Shown here piece after piece: positions 49,497 to 59,133 of a DNA stretch of 59,133 nt. The DNA is from Barthelona sp. PCE. Its lineage: Eukaryota. The first letter of the stretch is position 1. Each line of letters begins with the position of its first letter. Below the pieces are notes generated by a model. That model saw nothing but the letters and a program-made list of their open reading frames with translations, ran no database searches and was not told the origin of the DNA. The translations under genes were made by a program, and so were the position numbers. The stretch spans positions 1,364,001-1,423,133 of the forward strand of contig JAUFOR010000004.1 in NCBI GenBank assembly GCA_040285745.1, in the 5' to 3' direction.

Positions 49497-50255
49497 ATGC
49501 AGCCAAGTTTATTTGAAGAGCAAGGTATAGATTTCAAAACCATGACAGAGGCACTAAAGCGAGAATCATCATTTCTTCAACGAATACCGCTACAGCCACA
49601 TCAGTTCCCAACCCAATCTACTTTTTTAAGTGATTCTGACAACCAAAGGGCTTCAGTATCATATATGTATAACCTACATGAATTATCAAAAAAGCTAGGC
49701 TTTCCACAACAATGTTACAATCAAGAACAGTTAAATTCAATCACATGCGACTGCGAACAACAAATTCAGCTCATCATAATTTTCATCTTCAGCATTTACC
49801 TTAATGTACCGGATCTATTGGACAGAGATACACTCCGTGAGACATTAAATGATTTCAGGTTATTTGAAACGGTTGATGCGCTGGGAAATATTTCGGATGC
49901 AGTGATGTTTAATGCCAATCCATCAAACTTTTATTCGCTCAATTTGGATACGTATGAATTGCTCAACGCAATATCTCATAAGTATTGGTTATACCATGAT
50001 GTTGATATTTTTAAAGACGAGCTTAGATACTGCCCAAAGGAGAATATGGTGCATTGGCCTTATTGTTTAGTTCATAAACCTTGTTTATCCGCTCTAAAAC
50101 TTTTTTCTGAAGGTGGTTCGTTGCTTGCTATGCCCAACAATCCCTTATTTGCTCATATATATAAGTACATGATTGACAGAATTGACCATGAGAATTTTGA
50201 TTTATTAGTGAGGAAAGATTATGTAGCGATGGAGAATTTCATTCATTTACAGTGA
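49497..50255 (+). CDS. Hypothetical protein
   Basis: ORF of 280 aa from 49413. The first 28 codons look like pyrimidine-rich leader, so the ATG at 49497 (MQPSLFEE) is preferred. Confidence 0.6.
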   Translation: MQPSLFEEQGIDFKTMTEALKRESSFLQRIPLQPHQFPTQSTFLSDSDNQRASVSYMYNLHELSKKLGFPQQCYNQEQLNSITCDCEQQIQLIIIFIFSIYLNVPDLLDRDTLRETLNDFRLFETVDALGNISDAVMFNANPSNFYSLNLDTYELLNAISHKYWLYHDVDIFKDELRYCPKENMVHWPYCLVHKPCLSALKLFSEGGSLLAMPNNPLFAHIYKYMIDRIDHENFDLLVRKDYVAMENFIHLQ

Positions 50256-50269
50256 TTTATTTAATTTTT

Positions 50270-52843
50270 TCAGTGCTCTCTATACTCATTTAACAAAAAA
50301 TTGTTTAATGCAAAAGGCTTATCCGAATATTCAGAGAAAAAGTCGATGAAACCAATGTGCTCAATGACCGACTCAATCTTTTGTTTTGGCATTATTGAAC
50401 AAAGGTATTTGTACACTACGCACTGACACGGAATCCTGCACTTCCCCTTCAATTGCTCCTTGAATAGAATAATCTGACTGATAAAGTTTCCTTTGTAAAA
50501 ATCTTGGTGTTCATGATGTGGAGGAGGATATTTGTCATCTAACATGTTTTCGATCCAAAAAACAGTGTTTTGATCGTATTCCCTTGATTCATCAAAATTT
50601 AGATTCATCAAATGATCCATTTCTAAACGCTGAAAATAAACAGCACATTTTAAATGGTTAGTTAAAATCAAATAATTCCTCACCATATCTACTAAAATTG
50701 AAACATCTTCAAACGAAAATTCCATAAACAATACTTTGAATATGGAATTGATAACAACACTGTAGCTATCTTTCTCCACAACCTTTAAATCAAATCTTAC
50801 ATTGGCGGCATTCATAGCAGCATCAACTAGCTTAGGTGGTAGTTCATGAAAAGATGGCTCCAACAAACACTTAATCGCATCTGGTTCTCTTGGTGGATCA
50901 AAATCTATGAGATCGGGAATTTGAATCTCTGTGGTAAGATCATCACTGATGTGAGGTGTGAATTCAAATTTCTGTAGTGCAAGACCTTTTCTAGCTACAT
51001 AAGCGACATTATCATCTGTGGTATTAGCTGCTGATCTATTCTGCTGCTGCATGGCGCGTGCCATTGAGGATAACGACTCAGCCATCTTTGCTAACGAAGT
51101 TGATACTTCTTGCATAAACACGCTCTGTGTTGCCACAAGCGTATCGACAGTCCTAGCGAGGGATGCAACCTGTTCACTTAACATATCTTGTTTATGGGAG
51201 TTGGTTTGCTTATGAGTGGGAGATTGCTTTTCTGTAATGAACAAATCATCAACTTCAACTACATTTGTCTTCTTCTTCTTTTTCTTTGGTTTTGCCTTTG
51301 ATTTAGACACCTTGAGAACTGCATCATCATTGTGCCTTTCTTCGCTAACGTAGTTTGGCATTGGAACGTAATTAAAGTCTACAAGAACGGAAGGATGTAT
51401 TTGATGAAAGTTTTTAAAAATCTTTTGAGGAAAACTGAACTGAAGGAAAAATTCCAAACGTTTGTACTTGATACGCTTCAACAGGACCTTGTTTACCGTA
51501 TAAGTACGAGAAAGAGCTCCAAAAACATAAAAATCAGGTAAATATCTATCTGATGAATTCTTCCTTTCATGTATCACCGCCAAAGGTTCAGCTATGTGAC
51601 TGGGGTAGTCAAACTTAAAGAGACCGCCAGCAATCATGCGAGCAACAGTGTTTATCTCCTGAGTCAATGGGGAATTGCGAAGTTTAGTGATATGATCGAT
51701 GAGCGCCTGTTGGCTATAACTCATCAAATCCTTCACAAATGTATTTCCCATCAACTCTGCCAATCCGTCATGTAATGCCTGTTTGGTCTGCCTGTTAATC
51801 TCTGGTAAACATTTTGTCGAATTAAACAAAGCTATGCATATAAATGAAATGCGTTCAATACTCCTGAATTCCATGAACCTAGTATAGCCAGGCAGACGCT
51901 CTACTGCTGCAGAAATCGCTTTCTTATTGATTACTGACTGGATAACTTCAACGTTCTTCTTTTTCGTTGGCTGTGCAAAAAAAGCATCTATCAAATTTGT
52001 TTCTTTTTGAGGCTCTACTTCCATCTTTGCTGCTCTGATCTGCTGTTTGGGTTTATCAATCAATATTGCACCGTCTAATGAGAAGGAGTTTTCATTCATT
52101 ATTGATACACAAATCTTGTAACATTTTTCAAATATTTCAGAACTATAAACACGTTTGAATGCATCCTCAACAACTTCAACGGGCAATGGAGCCAGGATAC
52201 TGCAATAAAATGACAAAAATGGTACGCCCAAAGATGCAAACCTATTATCTCTTACAGAAGACTTTGCCAACCTTGGAAAATGTTGAATAAGACACAATAA
52301 CAGTAATAACTCCGGAATAACAAACTGGTTGGGCATCTGCTGCTCATTCTTAATTGCTAAAAAAAGTCTAAAACCATGAGCTCTTTCATCCTTAATATCG
52401 TAAAATGAGTGAAGGAACCGAGTTATGTGTTTCTTGACCAGTCTGTCTAAATCATCAGCAATTTCATCATCATAATTACAAAACTCAACAATTGGGGAGC
52501 TTCTCAAATGTTGAGCTATAGCAGATAGTCTTTCACTGTCAAAGTACTTACAAATTACAGATTTAATAGGTCCAATGTCGAAACTTACCCTGTTTGTATG
52601 GAATAAAAGCTTGAAAAAGTGGCATTCAAAGCGGGATAAACCATAATCATGTAATACTTGCAGTTCCGCAATAGTTAGTGGCCTATCCCGGAGATTTGTC
52701 ATTGGTAACCTCTTTGGAAGCTGAGACAAATGAAATTGTTCTGAAAGAGAGGATGATAAAGTGAATTCTCCAATATTACTTCTTTTAAGCATAATATGCC
52801 ACGTATAAGGTCGAAAATACATAGTAACAAAGGTGTTATACAT
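50270..52843 (-). CDS. Hypothetical protein (up to 857 aa) with a poly-Lys tract and short coiled coil; start uncertain
   Basis: Long ORF; KSKAKPKKKKKK is a possible NLS. Downstream ATGs (MLKRSN, MTNLRD) are alternative starts. Confidence 0.75.
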   Translation of the reverse strand: MYNTFVTMYFRPYTWHIMLKRSNIGEFTLSSSLSEQFHLSQLPKRLPMTNLRDRPLTIAELQVLHDYGLSRFECHFFKLLFHTNRVSFDIGPIKSVICKYFDSERLSAIAQHLRSSPIVEFCNYDDEIADDLDRLVKKHITRFLHSFYDIKDERAHGFRLFLAIKNEQQMPNQFVIPELLLLLCLIQHFPRLAKSSVRDNRFASLGVPFLSFYCSILAPLPVEVVEDAFKRVYSSEIFEKCYKICVSIMNENSFSLDGAILIDKPKQQIRAAKMEVEPQKETNLIDAFFAQPTKKKNVEVIQSVINKKAISAAVERLPGYTRFMEFRSIERISFICIALFNSTKCLPEINRQTKQALHDGLAELMGNTFVKDLMSYSQQALIDHITKLRNSPLTQEINTVARMIAGGLFKFDYPSHIAEPLAVIHERKNSSDRYLPDFYVFGALSRTYTVNKVLLKRIKYKRLEFFLQFSFPQKIFKNFHQIHPSVLVDFNYVPMPNYVSEERHNDDAVLKVSKSKAKPKKKKKKTNVVEVDDLFITEKQSPTHKQTNSHKQDMLSEQVASLARTVDTLVATQSVFMQEVSTSLAKMAESLSSMARAMQQQNRSAANTTDDNVAYVARKGLALQKFEFTPHISDDLTTEIQIPDLIDFDPPREPDAIKCLLEPSFHELPPKLVDAAMNAANVRFDLKVVEKDSYSVVINSIFKVLFMEFSFEDVSILVDMVRNYLILTNHLKCAVYFQRLEMDHLMNLNFDESREYDQNTVFWIENMLDDKYPPPHHEHQDFYKGNFISQIILFKEQLKGKCRIPCQCVVYKYLCSIMPKQKIESVIEHIGFIDFFSEYSDKPFALNNFLLNEYREH

Positions 52844-52918
52844 TGTTCTCCTTCATATTGCATTTTTGAGCCTATTAAACCTAATGATGAGATTGAAAGA
52901 TCAAATATCAACACATTT

Positions 52919-54737
52919 ATGGTTGCAGCTGATTTTGAGAGGCGTATAAAGCTTCCTGTTAATGAAATGAAACTGTATAAGTCCTGTCATAATTGTGTCT
53001 ATGAAACAGGTAACAATACAGTTGCATTTTTCAATTTTAATGGATCTGGTTTTGAAGAAATGGGAAGGATATCAATCAGTAGCTTTTTTGGATGTGAATT
53101 TTCCAAATCAACTGTTACAGTATTGAGCGAAGATATTCTTATTATGAATATTTCAAGACGTACTTACATTGCAAACATATCACAAAACGAGTGCATTGAG
53201 TACCCAGATGTGAGACTTTGGTGCAAGCTTTCAAGAATTACTGTTCTAGTTTCAGAGCAAAAAAAGTATATGATACCGATGCTGGGCAGTGATGGTAAAG
53301 TAGACATGGTGTACCTTCCTTTTCAAACAAATATAGATATTGCTATTGAAGTTGTGAACTCAGAAAACCCAACATGTTTCTTTGGCATTAGTAGTAAATT
53401 ATATTTAGTGAGTATATTTGAAAGAAATGCTGAAGTAATTGACTACCAAATTGATGTATGGTTCAACCGGATGAATTCTCCAAAGGAGGCTATTTGTTTG
53501 AACGGGTACTGTTATTTTTCACTCACCATTACAAGCCTCTATGATTGCTTTTCGCCGCTTAGATGACGGTAAGATACTACGTAGCATCGAGGTTAGTAAT
53601 TCACACTTCAGAAGATTTTTGTGCTTTGAAGGAATCGTTTTTGGTGTGTATAGCGATTATATTTATCCATTTATTGTTTTGCATAACATTGATGGATTTG
53701 CAATTATTCCTAATATGCCATTCGGTCTGTCAGACACAAATACAATTTGCCGCATGCCGATGTTTTCATCAACGCAACATTCTGCACATTTTGATATTTT
53801 TAGCAATTTCGGTCCTCGTGCAATCATCCATGTGGTTGATGAGAAAAAATCATGCAACATGCTTGTTAATGTGAAGGTATGTATCAATGATGGTGAATTA
53901 ACCGTTCTTAGGTTGCTTTACGGAGACGATAGGTGTTCAACCTTTTTAGGAGATGATTGTTTAGCAAAGGTATCAATGACTATAGATGATCATGCTATAC
54001 ATTCAGACTTACTCACTTTTACTTCAAATGGCGTAGTGAGAATTTCTCAAAAGTTTGAAAACAATATGTACATCAATAATTCCGTTATCAAAGTGCCATA
54101 TCAAGCTGAAGACTGGTTTGATGCAACCATAGTGGATAATATAATATGGGTAGGCGGCTCTAATTGTACCGGTATTGTTGTTCTTAATCAGTGTGGAAAC
54201 GTTGTTGATTTCCAAACAATAGAAACTTCTGTTCCGTTTATGGTGCCCAATCCCAATCCTTACAATCCGTACAGTGCACTGATTGCCAGTAGTCGTTTAG
54301 TTGCATTACTTTATTATGATATGGAGAGCAAAAAATTCAGAGAAAAAATAGTTGAAGAAAATTTTAATGTTGGGCAAAAATTCTTCTTCATAAACGAAAC
54401 AATGTTTATTATTGGTAACCAGTTGTTTGAGTTTACTGAGGGAAGCGTTAACTTGGTGAATAATCAACTACCGTGGGTGTGTTTCAACTCTTTGGAGTTT
54501 TACTATTATTCAGCCTCAAAGAATACAATATCTCGACTACACATGAGGCTTAAAGGTTACGATATGGTTGTAGATGTGCTTACGCTCGATGGTTCTCATT
54601 GTTACTCAATAGATGAGAATAGATGTAATGTAGTTACTTTACTGTCAGAATGTAATGAATTGTTCACCATTTCGAGTATACGGGACGATTTGATCAAAGA
54701 AACAAGCTTATATCACAATTACCATCATCATTTCTAA
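52919..54737 (+). pseudogene. Frameshifted ~605-codon beta-rich gene (pseudogene or sequencing indel), possible distant relative of the variable family
   Basis: ORFs 52796..53566 and 53541..54737 overlap in different frames. Removing one G from AACGGGTAC (53504-06) gives a continuous reading ...ICLNG-TVIFHSPLQASMIAF... Confidence 0.6.
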
Positions 54738-54747
54738 ATGGTAGACG

Positions 54748-56871
54748 CTATTCATTATGAAAATGCTCATGATAATCGGGCATGTGGTACTCAACGATGG
54801 AAGCCTCCGCCAGGAACGATGGAAGGTGGAACGATTCCACTGTGGGATTGATCGATTCCGGGTCTTCCTCAATATTGTAAGTTTTCAGCACCATTGTTTT
54901 GGTCTCTTCTTCGTATGACATGTCTTGAATAACGTTGTTAGGTAGATTTGGATCGTGGATTATATTCACATAAGGGAAATTATTGTTAGTGAAAAAACGC
55001 GTCTTAATTGTACCGTGTTCAACGTATACTTTAATGATACCACCCCTCACGTGTATGTATGAATCTCCCACGAAATTACGGAAATAGTTGCCTTCCTCCG
55101 TTCCATCATCATATGATCCCTTCCAAAGGAGAACAGGCTCTAAGAAGCTTCCTGTTGACCAATCAAGACAGTGTAAATGTTGCGTTTCAAAACCTTCATC
55201 ATCTTCATGTACAACAAACAGCTGATGATCAGGTGTTTCAGCCAATGGACGAGGGTTGAAGTAAACATCATATAAATATTCATGTTCAAAAACAATGTGC
55301 TTTTGAACCTCCACGTCATACCCGTTGACATTAAGCTGAAAAAAATGGATTGCTTCACTACATAAAATGCACGCTGAATTATCAAAATGTGAACCATGAA
55401 CACTTCGAATATAAATATTCGGGGGAAGCTCTAAAATCACCTTTTCTCCCAAATACACCAGTTCTGTATCTTCACGATAGTCAACATTTAAGGGCAACCC
55501 TTGAATAAAACCATAGTTTTCTGAACCACAATGAGGCAAAATGGTTGTGATTGGCTTAAATTCTGAGCCGTTCCAGCATAATTTGACATATGTAGTTACT
55601 ACTTCACTACGTATCACTTCTTCTATTACAATAAAATCACCTGCTTCATTTGGTTGAACTGATTGGATCTCGCAGCTCGTATGTGAAAACGGTTTCCTAC
55701 ACCCACGCAGCACAATAAGCTTCCTTTCTTTGAAAAAAAAGTAACATCTTATTGAAGCGTTATTATCATACACTTCCGCTATTCCATCAAAAAACATTTT
55801 CTTTGGGTGAAGACTGTTCAAACGAAACACCTCCTTACTAGCCTCTCTAAATTTGATTGGGCCATAACGTCCTGTTATTTCATCAAAACCATAAAAAACA
55901 CAATCTTCATCACGAAAGTAATTATCGTTCAAGTCTATATGTTGCAAGTCATTGCAGAGTACATTCAAAAAATTCAGTTTACCCTCTAACATCTTCAATT
56001 CACCGTTTTCGATATGAACTACCACATATCTTGAACCAATAAGTAGCATTGACAAAACATCTTGAGTGAGCGTCAATAATGCAAATTTTGAGTCTCTGTC
56101 AATATTCAATCCTTTAAGCTGTGGAAATCTTTCTGTCAAGTTAACTTGGTTCCTCTGAGCATCAAATATTATTAGTTCACCAACTTTATATCCGTCAAAG
56201 CCAACAAAACAAGTGCAATCCGAGTTTAAACACCCGAAGTATCTTGAAGGGATATCACGCAACTGCTCAATATCAGGTTCATGTGCCTCGTCCATGTCAT
56301 CAACAGAAAAATTGTAATGCCATATGGAATTATCTTGATATTTCCTCAACAAAATGTAGTTTGAATTAATGGTTGGTTGAGAGCCATACTCTTCAAGACA
56401 TCTATATTCCTCGGTTAGCACATTTAATATGTAGCACTGCCTCACTTGCCTGTTATTAACGGTATCACTAATGGTGAATAGTAAGTGGTTTTCATCCATC
56501 GGAAATATTCTGCTGCATTGCCTCATAAAGTTGTTCATCTCAAATGGGAAGTGTATTCTCCTTCTTGTATGTTCATCACTCATGATATGATCAAATAATA
56601 AGATATCAAGATGGGTTACAATATTATGGTCACCAAGTAGCTGTTTGATGATCATGTAAGATTCTCCAGCTTTTAATTTGGATGTGTACTTAAGAGGCTT
56701 ACGCGTATCCTCCACATATCCAACAAAGTACTTGCCTTCAATGGCGCTTTCAATGAGGCTGATGTTTTCTCTTGATTGAAGCAATACTACGCCCTTTCCC
56801 TCAAATATCATCTGCCCCTCAGGATAAGCATTGATGATAAGGTCGTCCTCGAATTTTCGAACCCTAGGCAT
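54748..56871 (-). CDS. Variable beta-rich family protein, copy C (last long intact ORF before the terminal repeat)
   Basis: Paralog of copies A and B, starting MPRVRKFE at 56871. Shares the upstream element but not the direct repeats or the 3' flank. Confidence 0.9.
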   Translation of the reverse strand: MPRVRKFEDDLIINAYPEGQMIFEGKGVVLLQSRENISLIESAIEGKYFVGYVEDTRKPLKYTSKLKAGESYMIIKQLLGDHNIVTHLDILLFDHIMSDEHTRRRIHFPFEMNNFMRQCSRIFPMDENHLLFTISDTVNNRQVRQCYILNVLTEEYRCLEEYGSQPTINSNYILLRKYQDNSIWHYNFSVDDMDEAHEPDIEQLRDIPSRYFGCLNSDCTCFVGFDGYKVGELIIFDAQRNQVNLTERFPQLKGLNIDRDSKFALLTLTQDVLSMLLIGSRYVVVHIENGELKMLEGKLNFLNVLCNDLQHIDLNDNYFRDEDCVFYGFDEITGRYGPIKFREASKEVFRLNSLHPKKMFFDGIAEVYDNNASIRCYFFFKERKLIVLRGCRKPFSHTSCEIQSVQPNEAGDFIVIEEVIRSEVVTTYVKLCWNGSEFKPITTILPHCGSENYGFIQGLPLNVDYREDTELVYLGEKVILELPPNIYIRSVHGSHFDNSACILCSEAIHFFQLNVNGYDVEVQKHIVFEHEYLYDVYFNPRPLAETPDHQLFVVHEDDEGFETQHLHCLDWSTGSFLEPVLLWKGSYDDGTEEGNYFRNFVGDSYIHVRGGIIKVYVEHGTIKTRFFTNNNFPYVNIIHDPNLPNNVIQDMSYEEETKTMVLKTYNIEEDPESINPTVESFHLPSFLAEASIVEYHMPDYHEHFHNE

Positions 56872-57139
56872 ATATAGCCGTGATGATGTAGGTGAATATT
56901 GAGATAGCATATATATATTAAATATTAGTGCTTGTACGTGGCATATATAGATGATATAATACACGTGAAGCGAAAACAGAAAGCGAGAATATGAAACAGA
57001 ACTGCATTCGCATTTCTATCCGCTCACAGTTTTGTTGATGTGGTTTGCAGGGCTCTTGTAGCGCGTAGCACGTAAGATTTTGGACGCTTTCGGGCATTGT
57101 TTTGATTGTGGGGCACTTTTTTGCTGCGTTGTGGGTACG
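56872..57139 (-). promoter_or_regulatory. Conserved upstream element of the variable family (copy C)
   Basis: The reverse complement aligns with 22853-23117; homology stops abruptly at 57139. Confidence 0.6.
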
Positions 57140-58525
57140 GCTCGCGCCTTTTGGACGTGCTTCATTGCACATTCATAAGCATTCAGTAAACACCGCTGCA
57201 TGCGTCGCTGGCAGCTGGACATCGCCAAAACTTCTGTTTCCAAATTTTCAGCCTAATTCTCATCTGATTTTCCTGATTTACACCGTAAAGCGCGAACGTG
57301 AGGACGACGATATCGACGTCCAAACGCCTTTTGAGTATGTACTGGACTTGAACCACTCTTTTGGTGGCATTACGAAAGTTCATGATGCCAATCTTGTCGC
57401 CAACGATACCAATTTTAGTGACATTATTTAGGAAAAAATCCAGTTGCCAACAGGCTGTGCGACTGATGTTTGTTTGTTGAAAAAGACGATGGTTTAAAAA
57501 TTGAATAATAAGAGGGAGAATTGAAATTCTTTTTTTTATACAAGGGTATCGTTACAAATGGATGTACGATATGGGTGCTTCATAAGAATATTGTACAACT
57601 GCATCTGCTTACAAATCACTAATTTTCAGATTTGTAGTTAATCACTCAGAAGGTATCACTCAGAGAATGTTGTGTTTTAATGTTTTCTATTTCTTTATTA
57701 GGAATCGGGATATTGAGATATTCCATATGTTTTTGCAGTATCCCAGTGACACAATGCCTCTCATCATTGATGTGCATCATCATGACAGTGAATATTGAGA
57801 ATAACTTGATGGTAATTATGAATATGCACTGCAGCAGTGGAATCAACGTTTGCTGAGACCGTCAAGTTGGTACAGCGTGACCCCAGCGTTGTCTTATATC
57901 GATAATAAATACGTGAATATTAAGTTTAAACTTTTTTGAAAACAGAAATGAAAGTATTCTTTTGTCGTGACTGGTTGGAGCAGCATTTTGAATTTTTTTT
58001 GAGTGAGCATATTACCGTGTTGTGTATGCGTTTATCCGTTGTAAGCCTGGCATAGCTCGGTGCATACAGAGATACAGTTGCAGGTTCATGCATGCGGCAT
58101 CTCTGGCTATTTTAATGTGTTGTGCAATTGGTCTGTATGTACTTATAAGTGGTGCAGCTCTGGTATAGCAATAAATTTGAGCTCAAAAAAAGAAAAAAAT
58201 GTTGCGCGCACCTGCAATGCTCTGTGCATATTTCCGTCGTGATGGGGTTGATATATATGATATGTATTGCAGCGTGTAGCAGGACTGCGAGTGGAATCTC
58301 AATGGAAAAAAAGATACGTTTTTTCTCGGCGCTGCGTGGCTATTTTTTCATTTCAATCAAGTTTAGTGTTAGTATATGTGCTTCTTATGCGTGGAGACCA
58401 ATTTTGATTGAGAGCGCGAATTCTTATGAGGAGAAATGAGCTCTTAGAAATTCCCAACTAGAAAGTTACCCCTAATAAGTCTGCTAATAAATTGAGAGAA
58501 ATGCTACCGTGGAAATTTGGGTTTG

Positions 58526-58944
58526 TTAATATTTTTATTAGTATTGGGTGTGAGTTGAGTTTTGAAAACTATTGACACGATACATCACAGATGTGATATA
58601 TACAATAGACATTATCAAATTCAAACTGTAATATATGATTTTATCAGGAATGGACCTTATTCTGATTTCACTAATATAATATATTAGCGATTCTTTTGAA
58701 TATTCGCGTGGAATTTAGTATTTTGCTAATATTTGTGTTAGTGAACTTTTTGAGTTCGCATCACTATTGTTAAGATTTTTTTGTGATGCCCAACTTTTGG
58801 AATTCACTAATATTTTTATTAGCAATTCGCTTAAAGTGAGCACAAGCGAATTTTTTTATTAGGCGCTAATGAATTATATTAGGGAGAAAATGAATAATTG
58901 GCGAGAAATCCCCGTTTACTAACATTTTTATTACTAATATTTTT
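58526..58944. repeat. Cluster of six imperfect palindromes, consensus CTAATATTTTTATTAG
   Basis: Copies at 58526-41, 58671-87, 58726-41, 58807-22, 58866-82 and 58919-34. Confidence 0.7.
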
Positions 58945-59022
58945 GAGATGGTCAAAACAAATCAAACTCCGCCGAAACGCGCATAGACCAAAAATCTTGG
59001 TCTATTTTCAATTTTGTTCTAC

Positions 59023-59132
59023 TGGTCTATATGGTCTATATGGTCTATATGGTCTATATGGTCTATATGGTCTATATGGTCTATATGGTCTATATGGTCT
59101 ATATGGTCTATATGGTCTATATGGTCTATATG
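59023..59132 (+). repeat. Perfect 9-bp tandem array (TGGTCTATA)12 running to the window end; candidate telomeric repeat
   Basis: 12 exact units at 59023-59130 plus a partial unit, following about 2 kb without convincing genes. Confidence 0.9.
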
Positions 59133-59133
59133 T

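Noticed and set aside
53506-53535. Short GT..AG intron explaining the frameshift
   Set aside because: It is 30 nt long and would not change the frame; a single-base indel does.
23118-56871. Diversity-generating retroelement as the source of family variation
   Set aside because: No reverse transcriptase or template repeat is in the window, and the differences are not adenine-specific and include indels.
57102-58439. Short ORFs in the terminal region (57102..57431, 57646..57846, 58060..58242, 58149..58439)
   Set aside because: Short, mostly non-ATG starts and no recognisable motifs. 57240-57431 might be a gene fragment but cannot be supported.
59023-59133. CRISPR array
   Set aside because: Contiguous 9-bp units without spacers, in a eukaryotic context.
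1-59133. Alternative genetic code (TAA/TAG = Gln as in hexamitid diplomonads); tRNA or rRNA genes
   Set aside because: Conserved genes end at expected positions with TAA, TAG or TGA. No tRNA cloverleaf or rRNA-like sequence was recognised by eye.

Overview
This is a gene-dense, AT-rich, apparently intron-free eukaryotic segment. TAA, TAG and TGA all act as stops, so the code is standard. It probably comes from a flagellated anaerobic protist (metamonad-like). That placement is an inference from axonemal genes (DRC5, CFAP100, ARMC2, TSNAXIP1-like) together with a fused ornithine transcarbamylase-carbamate kinase of the arginine deiminase pathway. Other recognisable genes are a PITP, WASHC4, MetAP2, an ORC4-like ATPase, TRAPPC5, UTP13, cytosolic AspRS, NOT4 and SEC3. 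The most striking accessory feature is a lineage-specific family of ~700-aa beta-rich proteins, with three close copies, one half-length relative and one frameshifted distant relative. Two copies sit in ~3-kb cassettes with shared ends and degenerate direct repeats, and the three close copies are recombinational mosaics with variable loops in a constant framework. One cassette repeat carries a ~230-bp highly self-complementary insert. A 1457-aa orphan gene has an internal patch of very different codon usage. The window ends in a gene-free zone with repeated CTAATA-N-TATTAG palindromes and a perfect (TGGTCTATA)12 array, a candidate non-canonical telomere. All homology calls are from motif recognition by eye; no searches were run.
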